From Bacteriovoracia bacterium (GTDB lineage Bacteria; Bdellovibrionota; Bacteriovoracia; Bacteriovoracales; Bacteriovoracaceae): a DNA stretch of 17,810 bases. The notes beneath the pieces are model-generated. The model made no database searches, had not been told where the DNA came from, and saw only the letters and a list, made by a program, of their open reading frames with translations. Positions within the stretch are counted from its first letter, which is position 1, and the number at the start of each line of letters is the position of its first letter. Shown one piece after another: positions 7,660-16,350 of the stretch. The position numbers and the translations under genes are program-made. The stretch spans positions 1 to 17,810 of the forward strand of contig JBKHVI010000052.1 in NCBI GenBank assembly GCA_046570105.1, written 5' to 3'.

Positions 7660-8457
7660 TTATCCAATCATAAAGGGAGCGACGCCGATCTCTGAGTTAC
7701 GAATGAATTTAGCCATCTCTTGCACGATCGGATTATTTACATATTCCGTCATGAGTTCAGGGTGACTCACAAAGGCTCGTGGTGCGAGAGCTGAACTCTC
7801 CATCGTGCGGTAAAAATCAACGACTTCTGAAATGATTTGCTTATCGTGGCCTTGGCGTTTAAGACCGATGATATTAATCCCTTTGAGGCGAACACGATTT
7901 CCGTAAGCAGTACAGTAGTTCGGGATATCGCGATCAATCGCTGTTGCACCACCTATGTACGCACTTTTTCCAATTGAAACGAACTGACTCACTCCCGTGT
8001 TGCCACCGATAATCACACGATCACCGACATTCACATGGCCAGCAAGTTGAACACTATTTGCAAAAGTAAGACTGCTACCTAAGGTACAATCGTGAGCAAT
8101 ATGACAGTAGGCCATAAACATTGATTTATTGCCAATTATCGTTTTCCCGTCTTGCTTGAGTGTGCCACGGTGAATAGAAACAAACTCGCGGAAAGTGTTT
8201 CCGTCGCCAATGATCGTTTCAGTGGGCTCGTTTTTATAAGATGAATCTTGGGGAGGAGCGCCGATTGAGCAAAATTGCAAAAAACGATTATTTTGACCGA
8301 TCGTTGTGTGGCCATCGATTACAACATGGGAAGTAAGAACTGTTCCTTCGCCAATTTTAACATGTGGACCAATGACACAGAAGGGGCCGATCTTAACTCC
8401 CGGAGCAATTTTCGCTTCAGGATGAACGCTGGCAAGTTTATCAATTTCAATCGACAT
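7660..8457 (-). CDS. lpxA: Acyl-ACP:UDP-GlcNAc (or UDP-GlcNAc3N) acyltransferase
   Basis: Hexapeptide repeats, PQD, REFVSIHRGT, catalytic HIAHDC (His122), LAGHV, GINIIGLKRQG. SD GAGGT upstream. Confidence 0.96.
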   Translation of the reverse strand: MSIEIDKLASVHPEAKIAPGVKIGPFCVIGPHVKIGEGTVLTSHVVIDGHTTIGQNNRFLQFCSIGAPPQDSSYKNEPTETIIGDGNTFREFVSIHRGTLKQDGKTIIGNKSMFMAYCHIAHDCTLGSSLTFANSVQLAGHVNVGDRVIIGGNTGVSQFVSIGKSAYIGGATAIDRDIPNYCTAYGNRVRLKGINIIGLKRQGHDKQIISEVVDFYRTMESSALAPRAFVSHPELMTEYVNNPIVQEMAKFIRNSEIGVAPFMIG

Positions 8458-8466
8458 AATTTACCT

Positions 8467-8967
8467 CTATTTAGAGAGAATTCTCAGGCTGGCAAGAAAG
8501 CTACATTCGCTTATCAATTCGCCATCGCAATGAATTTGAGCATCGTATGTGGTCATGGGACCTCTCACCTTCGTGAGCACGGTAGAAACATCTAACTTCA
8601 TTCCTGGCAGCACTGGGCGACGAAATTTTGCCTTCTCGACACCCAAGAGCGCGACATCTAACTTTGATTCTTCCATCGGTCCACTGATGGCATGGATCAT
8701 CAAGAATGCTGATGCCTGTGCCATCATCTCAACTTGCACGACACCTGGAAGAATGGGGTAACCAGGAAAATGCCCTTCGAGAACTTTTGTCTCTGGGCGA
8801 ACAGTGAAGCGGCACAAAGTTTTTCCACCCACCATATCACTAGGCTTGAGAGGTTTTGGCATATCGATGGCATGAGCTGGCAGCTCAACACTTGTTACAC
8901 TGTCGATAAAAAGAAAGGGGTCACGATGTGGCAAGAATGCCATCACCTGTTGAGTATTCATGAGCAT
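8467..8967 (-). CDS. fabZ: 3-hydroxyacyl-ACP dehydratase
   Basis: LPHRDPFLFID, GHFPGYPILPGVVQVEMMAQ (His/Glu dyad) and AKFRRPVLPG. Start reassigned from 9024 to ATG 8967, with SD AGGAG (8977-8973) overlapping the lpxD stop. Confidence 0.93.
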   Translation of the reverse strand: MLMNTQQVMAFLPHRDPFLFIDSVTSVELPAHAIDMPKPLKPSDMVGGKTLCRFTVRPETKVLEGHFPGYPILPGVVQVEMMAQASAFLMIHAISGPMEESKLDVALLGVEKAKFRRPVLPGMKLDVSTVLTKVRGPMTTYDAQIHCDGELISECSFLASLRILSK

Positions 8968-8975
8968 AACTTCTC

Positions 8976-10010
8976 CTACGGTTTGAGAGCGTTCTTGCGG
9001 ACCCAGGCAAATGTCCGCATCCACTCTTTGAGATCACGGGCCGGATGGCCTCCTAATACTGAACCTGCTGGCCAGACTGCACTTTCATTCACCATCGCTC
9101 CACCAGCCACTTGTGAACCTTTTCCGATTAAAGCATCTGGCCCAATCGCTGCTCGGCCTCCTAAAACGACATAATCCTCTAGGACTGAGCTACCCGCCAT
9201 GCCAGCTTGGCCACACAAGACACATCCTGTGCCAATTTTACAATTATGAGCAATCTGAACTTGGTTATCGACACGTACTCCATTACCAATAATGGTGGGA
9301 GTAAATGTCCCCATATCGATACTGCAATTAGCGCCAATTTCTACTTGGTCACCAATGATGACTCCGCCGGTGTGCCAGATTTTGTGGTGAATACCTTTAT
9401 CAAACACATAACCAAATCCATCACTACCGATGGTGGTGTTGGCATGCACACGTACAGACTTTCCGATTTTGGTAAAAGGATAAACCGCGACATTGGCAAA
9501 CAACACTGAGCCTTCGCCGATTTCAACTTGCGAAGAAATCACACAGCCTGGATGAAGAATGACGTTGGCGCCAATTTTAACATGCTCACCGACAAAGACA
9601 CCTTGAGCGATAATCGCCGAAGGATGAATCTCAGCATTACCCAATTGGCGACCATCGACGGCACTTTGCAATTCACCAAATTTCTTTTGGAACAGTGGCT
9701 TTGAGAGCTTCGCCATCGTGAGCGGAACATTGGTGCTTGAAGCAATACAATTGAGGCGAGTCTGCCATTGCGCTTGAACAGCTGAATCCAGGCCCTCCCA
9801 CAATTTACGATCAATCACCATGCCAGAAGCAAGAGCAGGATGAGCAGATAAATGGGTTTCGAGGGTTTTAAGAAATTTTGAATTTTTGACGAAGCACAAG
9901 CCCCCGGCGACGAGCTCCTGAGGGAGCATGATGCGCTCGACGACTCCCTCGCCCGCGAGGTGGACGACTTGCGTGTCCGAATCGTGGGCGAAGAGATCGT
10001 TAAGTAGCAT
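8976..10010 (-). CDS. lpxD: UDP-3-acyl-glucosamine N-acyltransferase
   Basis: Hexapeptide repeats, IGSDGFGY, GGVIIGDQVEIGAN, catalytic DNQVQIAHN (His255), MAGS. TAATG overlap with skp. Confidence 0.95.
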   Translation of the reverse strand: MLLNDLFAHDSDTQVVHLAGEGVVERIMLPQELVAGGLCFVKNSKFLKTLETHLSAHPALASGMVIDRKLWEGLDSAVQAQWQTRLNCIASSTNVPLTMAKLSKPLFQKKFGELQSAVDGRQLGNAEIHPSAIIAQGVFVGEHVKIGANVILHPGCVISSQVEIGEGSVLFANVAVYPFTKIGKSVRVHANTTIGSDGFGYVFDKGIHHKIWHTGGVIIGDQVEIGANCSIDMGTFTPTIIGNGVRVDNQVQIAHNCKIGTGCVLCGQAGMAGSSVLEDYVVLGGRAAIGPDALIGKGSQVAGGAMVNESAVWPAGSVLGGHPARDLKEWMRTFAWVRKNALKP

Positions 10011-10519
10011 TACTTCACCGGAAATTTTTTGTCGTAAGCTTTGATCACATCAGCAGTTAAATCTTTTTTCGATTCAGCATAGATGATCGGCGCGCTACCA
10101 AGTTCAAAAGTCATAGATACGGCCGAAGCTTTTGAAACTTCTTCGATAAGTGGACGAAGCTTTTCAATGATTGGCTTCTTGAGATCGTTTTCCATTTTCT
10201 GCATATCTTTTTGGAACTCAGCTGCTTTGCTTTGAACCTTCATGATCTGCTCTTGGATTTCGCGCTCTTTAGTTAGACGAGCTTGCTCGCTCAAGACAGC
10301 GGCTTGCTTCTTAAGATCTTCGCCAGCTTTTTTAATTTTCTCTTCGTCTTTCTTGAGTGTGTCTTTTTTAGAATTGAAAGATTTCTCCAAAGACTTCATG
10401 ACCGACTGGCCTTCTTTAATTGAAGTCAAAACTTTTTGAACATCAACTAAACCAATCGTGACTGCGGCCTGAGCAGAAAAGGTAAACAGGACTGATAAAA
10501 TAATTGCGCTAAGTTTCAT
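10010..10519 (-). CDS. skp: Periplasmic OMP chaperone Skp/OmpH
   Basis: Signal peptide ending AQA-A, IGLVDVQKVL, a long Lys/Glu/Gln coiled coil, and DLTADVIKAYD at the C-terminus. Located between bamA and lpxD. SD GGGGAG. Confidence 0.92.
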   Translation of the reverse strand: MKLSAIILSVLFTFSAQAAVTIGLVDVQKVLTSIKEGQSVMKSLEKSFNSKKDTLKKDEEKIKKAGEDLKKQAAVLSEQARLTKEREIQEQIMKVQSKAAEFQKDMQKMENDLKKPIIEKLRPLIEEVSKASAVSMTFELGSAPIIYAESKKDLTADVIKAYDKKFPVK

Positions 10520-10566
10520 TTAGAGTCTCCCCATATTGGTCAATCTGCTAAAAAATCTAGCACTGT

Positions 10567-12879
10567 TTAGAACAGTTGTCCTATGTCAAAGTGGAATTGA
10601 TTTGGCGCTTCGCGTTCACGTTTATTGAGTGGGAAACCAAACTCAAAACGCAGCACACCAATTGGCGAGAACCAACGGAAACCAAAGCCGTAGTTGGCAC
10701 GCTGAGTGTAGTCACCATCTTTGCCAATGCGCTCTTCGTAGACGTTACCGATATCGGTAAAGAGCACCCACTTAAGGCCCGCTTCTTTAATCATCGGATG
10801 CTCAAGTTCAAAGGTGGTGAGAACTTGGAAAAGACCACCCTTGTTAAAGGTATCAAAAGAGCCGGTCTGAAGGTTACGCGCTTTGATCAAAGGACCGATG
10901 TCTTCCAAGCGGAAACCACGCATGTTACGAGCGCCACCCATCGAGAAGCGCTCGATACGAGGAATACCACGCTCTTCAGTTTTAAAAATTTGTGACACGG
11001 TTCCGCGGCTCCGGAAAACAAGTTCCTGCCAAATCGGCTTGTAGTAGCGGCCTTCCACATCACCACGAAGCCAGCGCTGAATACCACCCACTCCGGCATA
11101 CTCAATCGAGGTTGAAGCGTAATGACCAGCGGTTGGTTCAAAAATATTGTTTCGCTTATCATTCACCAAAGAGGCCTGCACTGAACCTGCCGAACCGTTT
11201 TCAAGTTTCGGATCAATCGTGGGGTTAGTCACATTACGAATAGTGTTGTCTTCGTAGCGATAAGTGAGGAAGAGACGAGTGTAATCAAAGATCGGGTAAC
11301 CCACGCGTAAGTCAAAACCGTGCTTCTCATAGCTAAATGAACGAATGAAGTTTGAGATGGTACGGAAGTAATCGGCGCCTGCTGTCCATTTAGTATCAAA
11401 CAGGTACGGCTCAGTGAAACCCAAGTTATAAATCTGTTGGTTTGAAGCCACCGACATATTGAAGTTAATATTCTGGCCCAAACCGCGGAAGTTATTTTGC
11501 GCGATACTGGCCTGTACGAAACCTTGAGTGGCAGTTGAGTAACCGGCACCGACGCTGATTTGCCCGGTAGCACGTTCTTTAATCGAGATCTCTACATCAA
11601 GGATATTATCTTTTCCGCGCTGGGCGACGGTATTGAAAATCACGCTTTCAGGCTGGAAGAAACCCAGACGGTTAACGTTTTCTTTCGAAGTACGAAGACC
11701 TGAGCCGGTATACATCTGACCTTCATGAATTTTCAATTCACGACGGATAACTTTATCGCGTGTTTTGGTATTTCCTTTGACCAGAATTTTACCGAAGTAA
11801 CAGATTTTGCCTTTCTCGAATGAGAAAACGACATCGACTTTGTTTTCACCGGGAACAATTTCGAGCGTTCTAAGAACGTTGGCAAAGGCATAACCTTTGT
11901 CTTGGTACATCTCAGTCAAAGTCTGAATATCCAAACGAAGGTTCTCTTCGTTATAGATTTCGCCGCTCTTCATTTTAACTTTCGACATCATCTCAGCTTC
12001 AGTGAAGAGCAACTCACCATTAAAATAAACGTTATTAACGCTAAATTGGGGACCTTCAATAATCTGAACGGTAATGAAGATCCAGCGCTTATCATCAGAG
12101 ACAGTGACGACAGGATTATTCACATTCACTTGTAAATAACCGCGCGTTTTATAGAGATACTTCAGACGTTCGATATCAGTTTGAAAATTAAGTTCTTTGA
12201 AATTTCCTGAGCCCGAGAGTCCAGAGAACAAGGACTCTTCACGGGTTTGCATAAACCCTTTGAGTTCATCATCAAGAATGGCCTTGTTGCCCAAGAAAGT
12301 GACTTTCTTGACCATTACCTTGTCCCATTCTTTGATCTTAAAGATAACATTCACCGAGCCGTTTTTCTGCTCTTTAACTTGATAAGTGGCCTGAGCAATA
12401 AAAAAGCCCTTCTCTTCGTAGTGCTTCTGCAAAGACATCACATCGGCTTTCAGAGTGGCGACGTCGAGAATCTGAAATTCTTTAGTTTTGATTTGTTCTT
12501 TGAGGTCATCATCATTGATCTCATCATTTCCGCTAAACTCAACCTTGCCGATAATCGGTTTTTCTTTGAGCTTAAAAAGCAAAATGTTTTTGCTACCAGA
12601 GCGCTTATGCCAAGCTTCGACTTCATCGAAGTACTTCATCTCGTAAATGCGTTGGATATCTTTGCGGAGTAGATAATTATCAAGAACTTGTTCAGTCTTG
12701 GTGGTGAGTTTTTCTATGACGGCTTCAGATTCAACCTTGCGATTGCCTGCAATTTCAATAGCATCAACTTTAAATAGTTCGCGAATCGGACCGATGATTT
12801 CTTGCGCGTGGGCGACACTCGGAGTGAGCGTGCCAAACACAATGCAAAAAAATAACACAATGAGGTGTCTGCTTCTCAT
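10567..12879 (-). CDS. bamA: Outer membrane protein assembly factor BamA
   Basis: Signal peptide (AHA-Q), POTRA repeats (AGNRKVE, SGNDEI, LGNKAI, KGNTKTRDKVIRRE), TGQISVGAGYS at the barrel start, NMRGF loop-6 motif, WFSPIGVLRFEFG and C-terminal FHFDIGQLF. Confidence 0.97.
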   Translation of the reverse strand: MRSRHLIVLFFCIVFGTLTPSVAHAQEIIGPIRELFKVDAIEIAGNRKVESEAVIEKLTTKTEQVLDNYLLRKDIQRIYEMKYFDEVEAWHKRSGSKNILLFKLKEKPIIGKVEFSGNDEINDDDLKEQIKTKEFQILDVATLKADVMSLQKHYEEKGFFIAQATYQVKEQKNGSVNVIFKIKEWDKVMVKKVTFLGNKAILDDELKGFMQTREESLFSGLSGSGNFKELNFQTDIERLKYLYKTRGYLQVNVNNPVVTVSDDKRWIFITVQIIEGPQFSVNNVYFNGELLFTEAEMMSKVKMKSGEIYNEENLRLDIQTLTEMYQDKGYAFANVLRTLEIVPGENKVDVVFSFEKGKICYFGKILVKGNTKTRDKVIRRELKIHEGQMYTGSGLRTSKENVNRLGFFQPESVIFNTVAQRGKDNILDVEISIKERATGQISVGAGYSTATQGFVQASIAQNNFRGLGQNINFNMSVASNQQIYNLGFTEPYLFDTKWTAGADYFRTISNFIRSFSYEKHGFDLRVGYPIFDYTRLFLTYRYEDNTIRNVTNPTIDPKLENGSAGSVQASLVNDKRNNIFEPTAGHYASTSIEYAGVGGIQRWLRGDVEGRYYKPIWQELVFRSRGTVSQIFKTEERGIPRIERFSMGGARNMRGFRLEDIGPLIKARNLQTGSFDTFNKGGLFQVLTTFELEHPMIKEAGLKWVLFTDIGNVYEERIGKDGDYTQRANYGFGFRWFSPIGVLRFEFGFPLNKREREAPNQFHFDIGQLF

Positions 12880-12924
12880 CCAGCTCGCTCTTAAATTACT
12901 GAAATCGTTAAAATTTCGCCCATT

Positions 12925-13587
12925 CTAGCGGATTATCTGACCATCTTCAATGACGATCTTACGCTCGAAAGTAGAGGCCACTTTATCATCATGAGTCACA
13001 ACGATCAAAGTATTCTTCCCTTCCTGCACCAACTCGCGCAAAAGACCCGTTACCTTGTCAGAGTTTTGCGAATCCAAATTTCCCGTCGGCTCATCACATA
13101 AGAGAAGCGGCGGGTTAAGCGAGAGCGCTCTAAGAATATTAATCCGTTGCTGCTCGCCACCGGATAATTGATGAGGCCATTTCTCCAATAGAGCACCGAC
13201 ACCCAGTCGTGCAGCCAGATTTTTGGCGCGTTTTTCAACTGCCGCTACATCATGACCGCCAATTCGCGCCGGCAACAAAATATTTCCCCACGCCGTGAGT
13301 GAGGGTAGCAAGAAATGAAACTGAAAAACAAATCCTACAGAGCTGTTGCGAAAATGTGCCAGCGCCTCATCGTTTTGATCCGCGAGATTCTTGCCATTAA
13401 TCTCTACTCGACCTTTGCTCGGACGCTCAAGCGCACCCAAAAGATACAAGAGAGTTGATTTACCCGAACCAGAAGCTCCACGAATAGCGATCCGCTCACC
13501 GGTGGTAATATCTAGATTAATTCCACGCAAGACATGACTTGTGCCATAGGATTTCTCCACTGCTTGAAGGCGTATAAATGGATTCAT
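12925..13587 (-). CDS. lolD: Lipoprotein-releasing ABC transporter ATP-binding subunit
   Basis: GASGSGKST, GFVFQFHFLLP (LolD-type motif), LSGGEQQR, DEPTGNLD, VTHD. Start reassigned from 13680 to ATG 13587 (ATGA overlap, SD AGGAG at 13597-13593). Confidence 0.88.
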   Translation of the reverse strand: MNPFIRLQAVEKSYGTSHVLRGINLDITTGERIAIRGASGSGKSTLLYLLGALERPSKGRVEINGKNLADQNDEALAHFRNSSVGFVFQFHFLLPSLTAWGNILLPARIGGHDVAAVEKRAKNLAARLGVGALLEKWPHQLSGGEQQRINILRALSLNPPLLLCDEPTGNLDSQNSDKVTGLLRELVQEGKNTLIVVTHDDKVASTFERKIVIEDGQIIR

Positions 13588-14780
13588 TGAAACTCCTGGC
13601 GCAGGCCACTTAAGAGCGATGTACGCTGCATTTTCTTGAGCGCAAAACCACCCAGGATCACCATCCATAGGAGTGCGCAACCAAAGACAAATATATAATC
13701 TGAGAACTGTAAGAGGACTTGTAATTTGGTCAGGACATAAACATCACCGGGAACTTGCAACCACGAAGCATTTAGCAAAAGATAATTGAAAAGTTTTACA
13801 AAGAGATAAGCAAATCCACAGGACATAAGCCACAAGGTGAAAAGTACGCTGCAAGCGAACGTAAAAAATCTTTTACGAGGCATGCCGAGAGCATTGAGCA
13901 AAAAGAACTCACGAGTTTTGCGCGTTTGCAGCGTTATGAGAAAGGCGGCGACATTAAAAATCGCCACCAAGACGATCACTTGCAGAACAATCGCAATTGA
14001 AGTTTTTTCAATCTCGACAGCTTCCAAGAGACCTGAAAATTCTTGCCACGCCGGCTTTAAAATCCAGGGACGTCCTAAGACTTCACGTAGATTATCGACC
14101 CGCTCCTGAACCTCAGCAACATTTACCTGCGTGGTTCCAAAACTTAGCAGGGCCACATTCATTTTCTTTTCTATTCCAAGAGTGGCACGCAGATGATCAA
14201 GACCCACATAAACAAGTCGCGAATCCTTCTCATGAATGCCATGACTGATCGTGTGTTTTACTGTGAGAGGCATGAACTGAGGCAAATCCCCCTCTTTCCC
14301 ACTGGCAAGTACCAGCGAAATGAAATCGCCGCTTTTAATACGCCAATCTTTCGCCAGTGTTTCACCGACAATCGCCTCACCTTCAGAGATTTGAAATTCT
14401 TTACCCGTCACTTGCGACATCTCTTCGTTCTCAATCCCTTTAACCAATACACCTTGCGATTTTCCATCATGCAAGATGAAAGCTTCGGTTTGCACGACTG
14501 GAGCGATGGCCTTCACACCATAGATTTGCATTTCTTCAAGAGTGGCATTGTTGATTTTAAAAAAACCATTTTGATTAGTGAGAATGGCATCGCCTGAGGA
14601 GAGACGGAGTCCTTCTTTGAGGGTCGAAGAAAAACCATCCATCAATCCTAGGGTGCAAAGAATAACGGCGAGAGAAAAGGCATAGCCTAGAATGGTAAAT
14701 AGCAGCAGACGCCAAGTACTTGCTTGGTCAAAAAAGACTCGCGCCAGCGCTAAAATCAGAGAGCTTTTACGCTCCGGCAT
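13584..14780 (-). CDS. Lipoprotein-releasing ABC transporter permease, LolC/LolE/LolF family (divergent)
   Basis: One N-terminal TM segment ending GLMDGF, a large periplasmic domain (GVLVKGI), then three TM segments with VIVLVAIFNV...KTREFFLLNALGM, GDVYVLTKLQV and a C-terminal LRQE. Adjacent to lolD. Confidence 0.82.
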   Translation of the reverse strand: MPERKSSLILALARVFFDQASTWRLLLFTILGYAFSLAVILCTLGLMDGFSSTLKEGLRLSSGDAILTNQNGFFKINNATLEEMQIYGVKAIAPVVQTEAFILHDGKSQGVLVKGIENEEMSQVTGKEFQISEGEAIVGETLAKDWRIKSGDFISLVLASGKEGDLPQFMPLTVKHTISHGIHEKDSRLVYVGLDHLRATLGIEKKMNVALLSFGTTQVNVAEVQERVDNLREVLGRPWILKPAWQEFSGLLEAVEIEKTSIAIVLQVIVLVAIFNVAAFLITLQTRKTREFFLLNALGMPRKRFFTFACSVLFTLWLMSCGFAYLFVKLFNYLLLNASWLQVPGDVYVLTKLQVLLQFSDYIFVFGCALLWMVILGGFALKKMQRTSLLSGLRQEFQ

Positions 14781-16350
14781 TTTCTTCTTCCCCGCCGAAG
14801 TCTTCTTTCTTCAGGAGTGGGAACAAGATAACATCACGAATGGTCGGACTATCCGTCAGCACCATCACCAGACGATCAATACCGATACCCTGACCTGCTG
14901 TTGGTGGCATACCGTACTCAAGAGCGCGAACATAGTCGTAGTCTACATCACAAGCTTCCGCATCTCCCGCTTCTTTGGCCATCGCCTGCTCAGCAAAACG
15001 ATCTAGCTGGTCAGTTGGGTTATTCAACTCGGAGAAAGCGTTACCGACTTCCCAACCATTGATAAAGAATTCGAAGCGGTCCACGAACTCAGGATGAGTA
15101 TCGTTTCGGCGAGATAGTGGTGACACTTCCGTTGGATACTCGGTGATAAATGTTGGTTGAATGAGATGCTTCTCAGCGAACTCTTCAAAACAAAGTGTCA
15201 AAAGTTTTCCCCAGCCAGCACTGTTGATGGTCTTGGGATCAATCTCAGATTCTTTGAGAAGAGTCTTCAAATGGGCCGCTTCCATCACTTGAGCAGAACT
15301 CGAGTTAGTATATTTCGCAACCGCTTCACGCATCGTCATGCGTGCATAGGGGCCCGCAAGATTGATTTCCTTATCGCCAAAAGTGATGACTTCTTTTTTC
15401 AAGACATCACGTGCAATGCCGGCAATCAAATCTTCAGTGAGTTGAATAAGATCTTCGTAATTAGCATAGGCCCAGTAAAACTCAATTGAGGTGAATTCTG
15501 GGTTGTGCTTGAGTGAGAGACCTTCGTTTCTAAAACAGCGGTTCATCTCGAACACTTTATTGAAGCCACCGACGATCAAGCGCTTCAAATGCAACTCAGG
15601 TGCAATCCGCATATGGAGTTCCATATCGAGTGCATTGTGATGAGTTTTGAACGGACGAGCAGCGGCACCACCGGCAATCGAATGCATCATCGGTGTTTCA
15701 ACTTCGAGGAAGTCTTTTTTGTAAAAATACTCACGGATATAGCGCACGATCTGAGAGCGTGTTTTGAGTTTCTCACGCACTTCTGGATTCATCGCCAAAT
15801 CTACATAGCGCATGCGATAGCGTAATTCCGGATCAGTCAGCCCGTGGAACTTTTCAGGCAAAGGACGAGTACTCTTGGTAATAATTGAGAAGTCCTTCAC
15901 ATTAAGCGAGAGCTCCCCTTTCATGGTTTTGAAGACATCCCCTGAGGCCCAGACGATATCGCCGTAATCCAAAAGTTTGTACTGAGCAAAACCCGCTTCA
16001 GAAGTAATGTCTTTTTTTACATAGAGCTGAAAGCGATGAGAGCCGTCGTCACAAGTTAAGAAAGCCGCTTTACCAAAGTCACGCACCATTAAAACGCGGC
16101 CAGCGACTTTAAACTCAGGAGTCTGCCCGATAGCATCTTTTTCCAGAGCGCCGTAACGATCCACGAGGTTCTTGAATTGCGTATCTGGTTTCAAGTGATT
16201 CTTGTACGCGCCTCCCAATTGACCCAGCTCTTCGACCTTCGCGCGCTTTTCTAGACGCACATTAATCTGCTCTGAGAATTGACTAGTCCAACGTTCAACA
16301 TGCTTGTGTTTCATAACTTTCCCCGATTCGGTAAGATTAGAGGTCGTCAT
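14767..16350 (-). CDS. lysS: Lysyl-tRNA synthetase (class II)
   Basis: OB-fold VAGRV...GKAAF, LPEKFHGLTDPELRYRMRY, FLEVETPMM, FRNEG...HNPEF, YGMPPTAGQGIGIDRL. Start set at ATG 16350 (GGAGG at 16361-16357); ATG 16314 is an alternative. Confidence 0.98.
   Translation of the reverse strand: MTTSNLTESGKVMKHKHVERWTSQFSEQINVRLEKRAKVEELGQLGGAYKNHLKPDTQFKNLVDRYGALEKDAIGQTPEFKVAGRVLMVRDFGKAAFLTCDDGSHRFQLYVKKDITSEAGFAQYKLLDYGDIVWASGDVFKTMKGELSLNVKDFSIITKSTRPLPEKFHGLTDPELRYRMRYVDLAMNPEVREKLKTRSQIVRYIREYFYKKDFLEVETPMMHSIAGGAAARPFKTHHNALDMELHMRIAPELHLKRLIVGGFNKVFEMNRCFRNEGLSLKHNPEFTSIEFYWAYANYEDLIQLTEDLIAGIARDVLKKEVITFGDKEINLAGPYARMTMREAVAKYTNSSSAQVMEAAHLKTLLKESEIDPKTINSAGWGKLLTLCFEEFAEKHLIQPTFITEYPTEVSPLSRRNDTHPEFVDRFEFFINGWEVGNAFSELNNPTDQLDRFAEQAMAKEAGDAEACDVDYDYVRALEYGMPPTAGQGIGIDRLVMVLTDSPTIRDVILFPLLKKEDFGGEEENAGA

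Noticed and set aside
8349..9584. 16-nt exact repeat CGCCAATTTTAACATG in lpxA (8349-8364) and lpxD (9569-9584)
   Set aside because: Both copies encode HVKIG in homologous hexapeptide repeats. Shared motif plus codon preference is a sufficient explanation.
10546..10562. Small inverted repeat TGCTA...TAGCA between bamA and skp
   Set aside because: Short, AT-rich and without a U tract, so too weak to call a terminator or processing stem.
12880..12927. lolD and bamA are in the same frame, separated by one TAG and 15 sense codons (possible read-through); a 10-codon out-of-frame mini-ORF (12923-12891) is also present
   Set aside because: This is plausible by chance in a 45-nt gap, and a LolD-BamA fusion would bury the BamA signal peptide. 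No read-through signal was seen.
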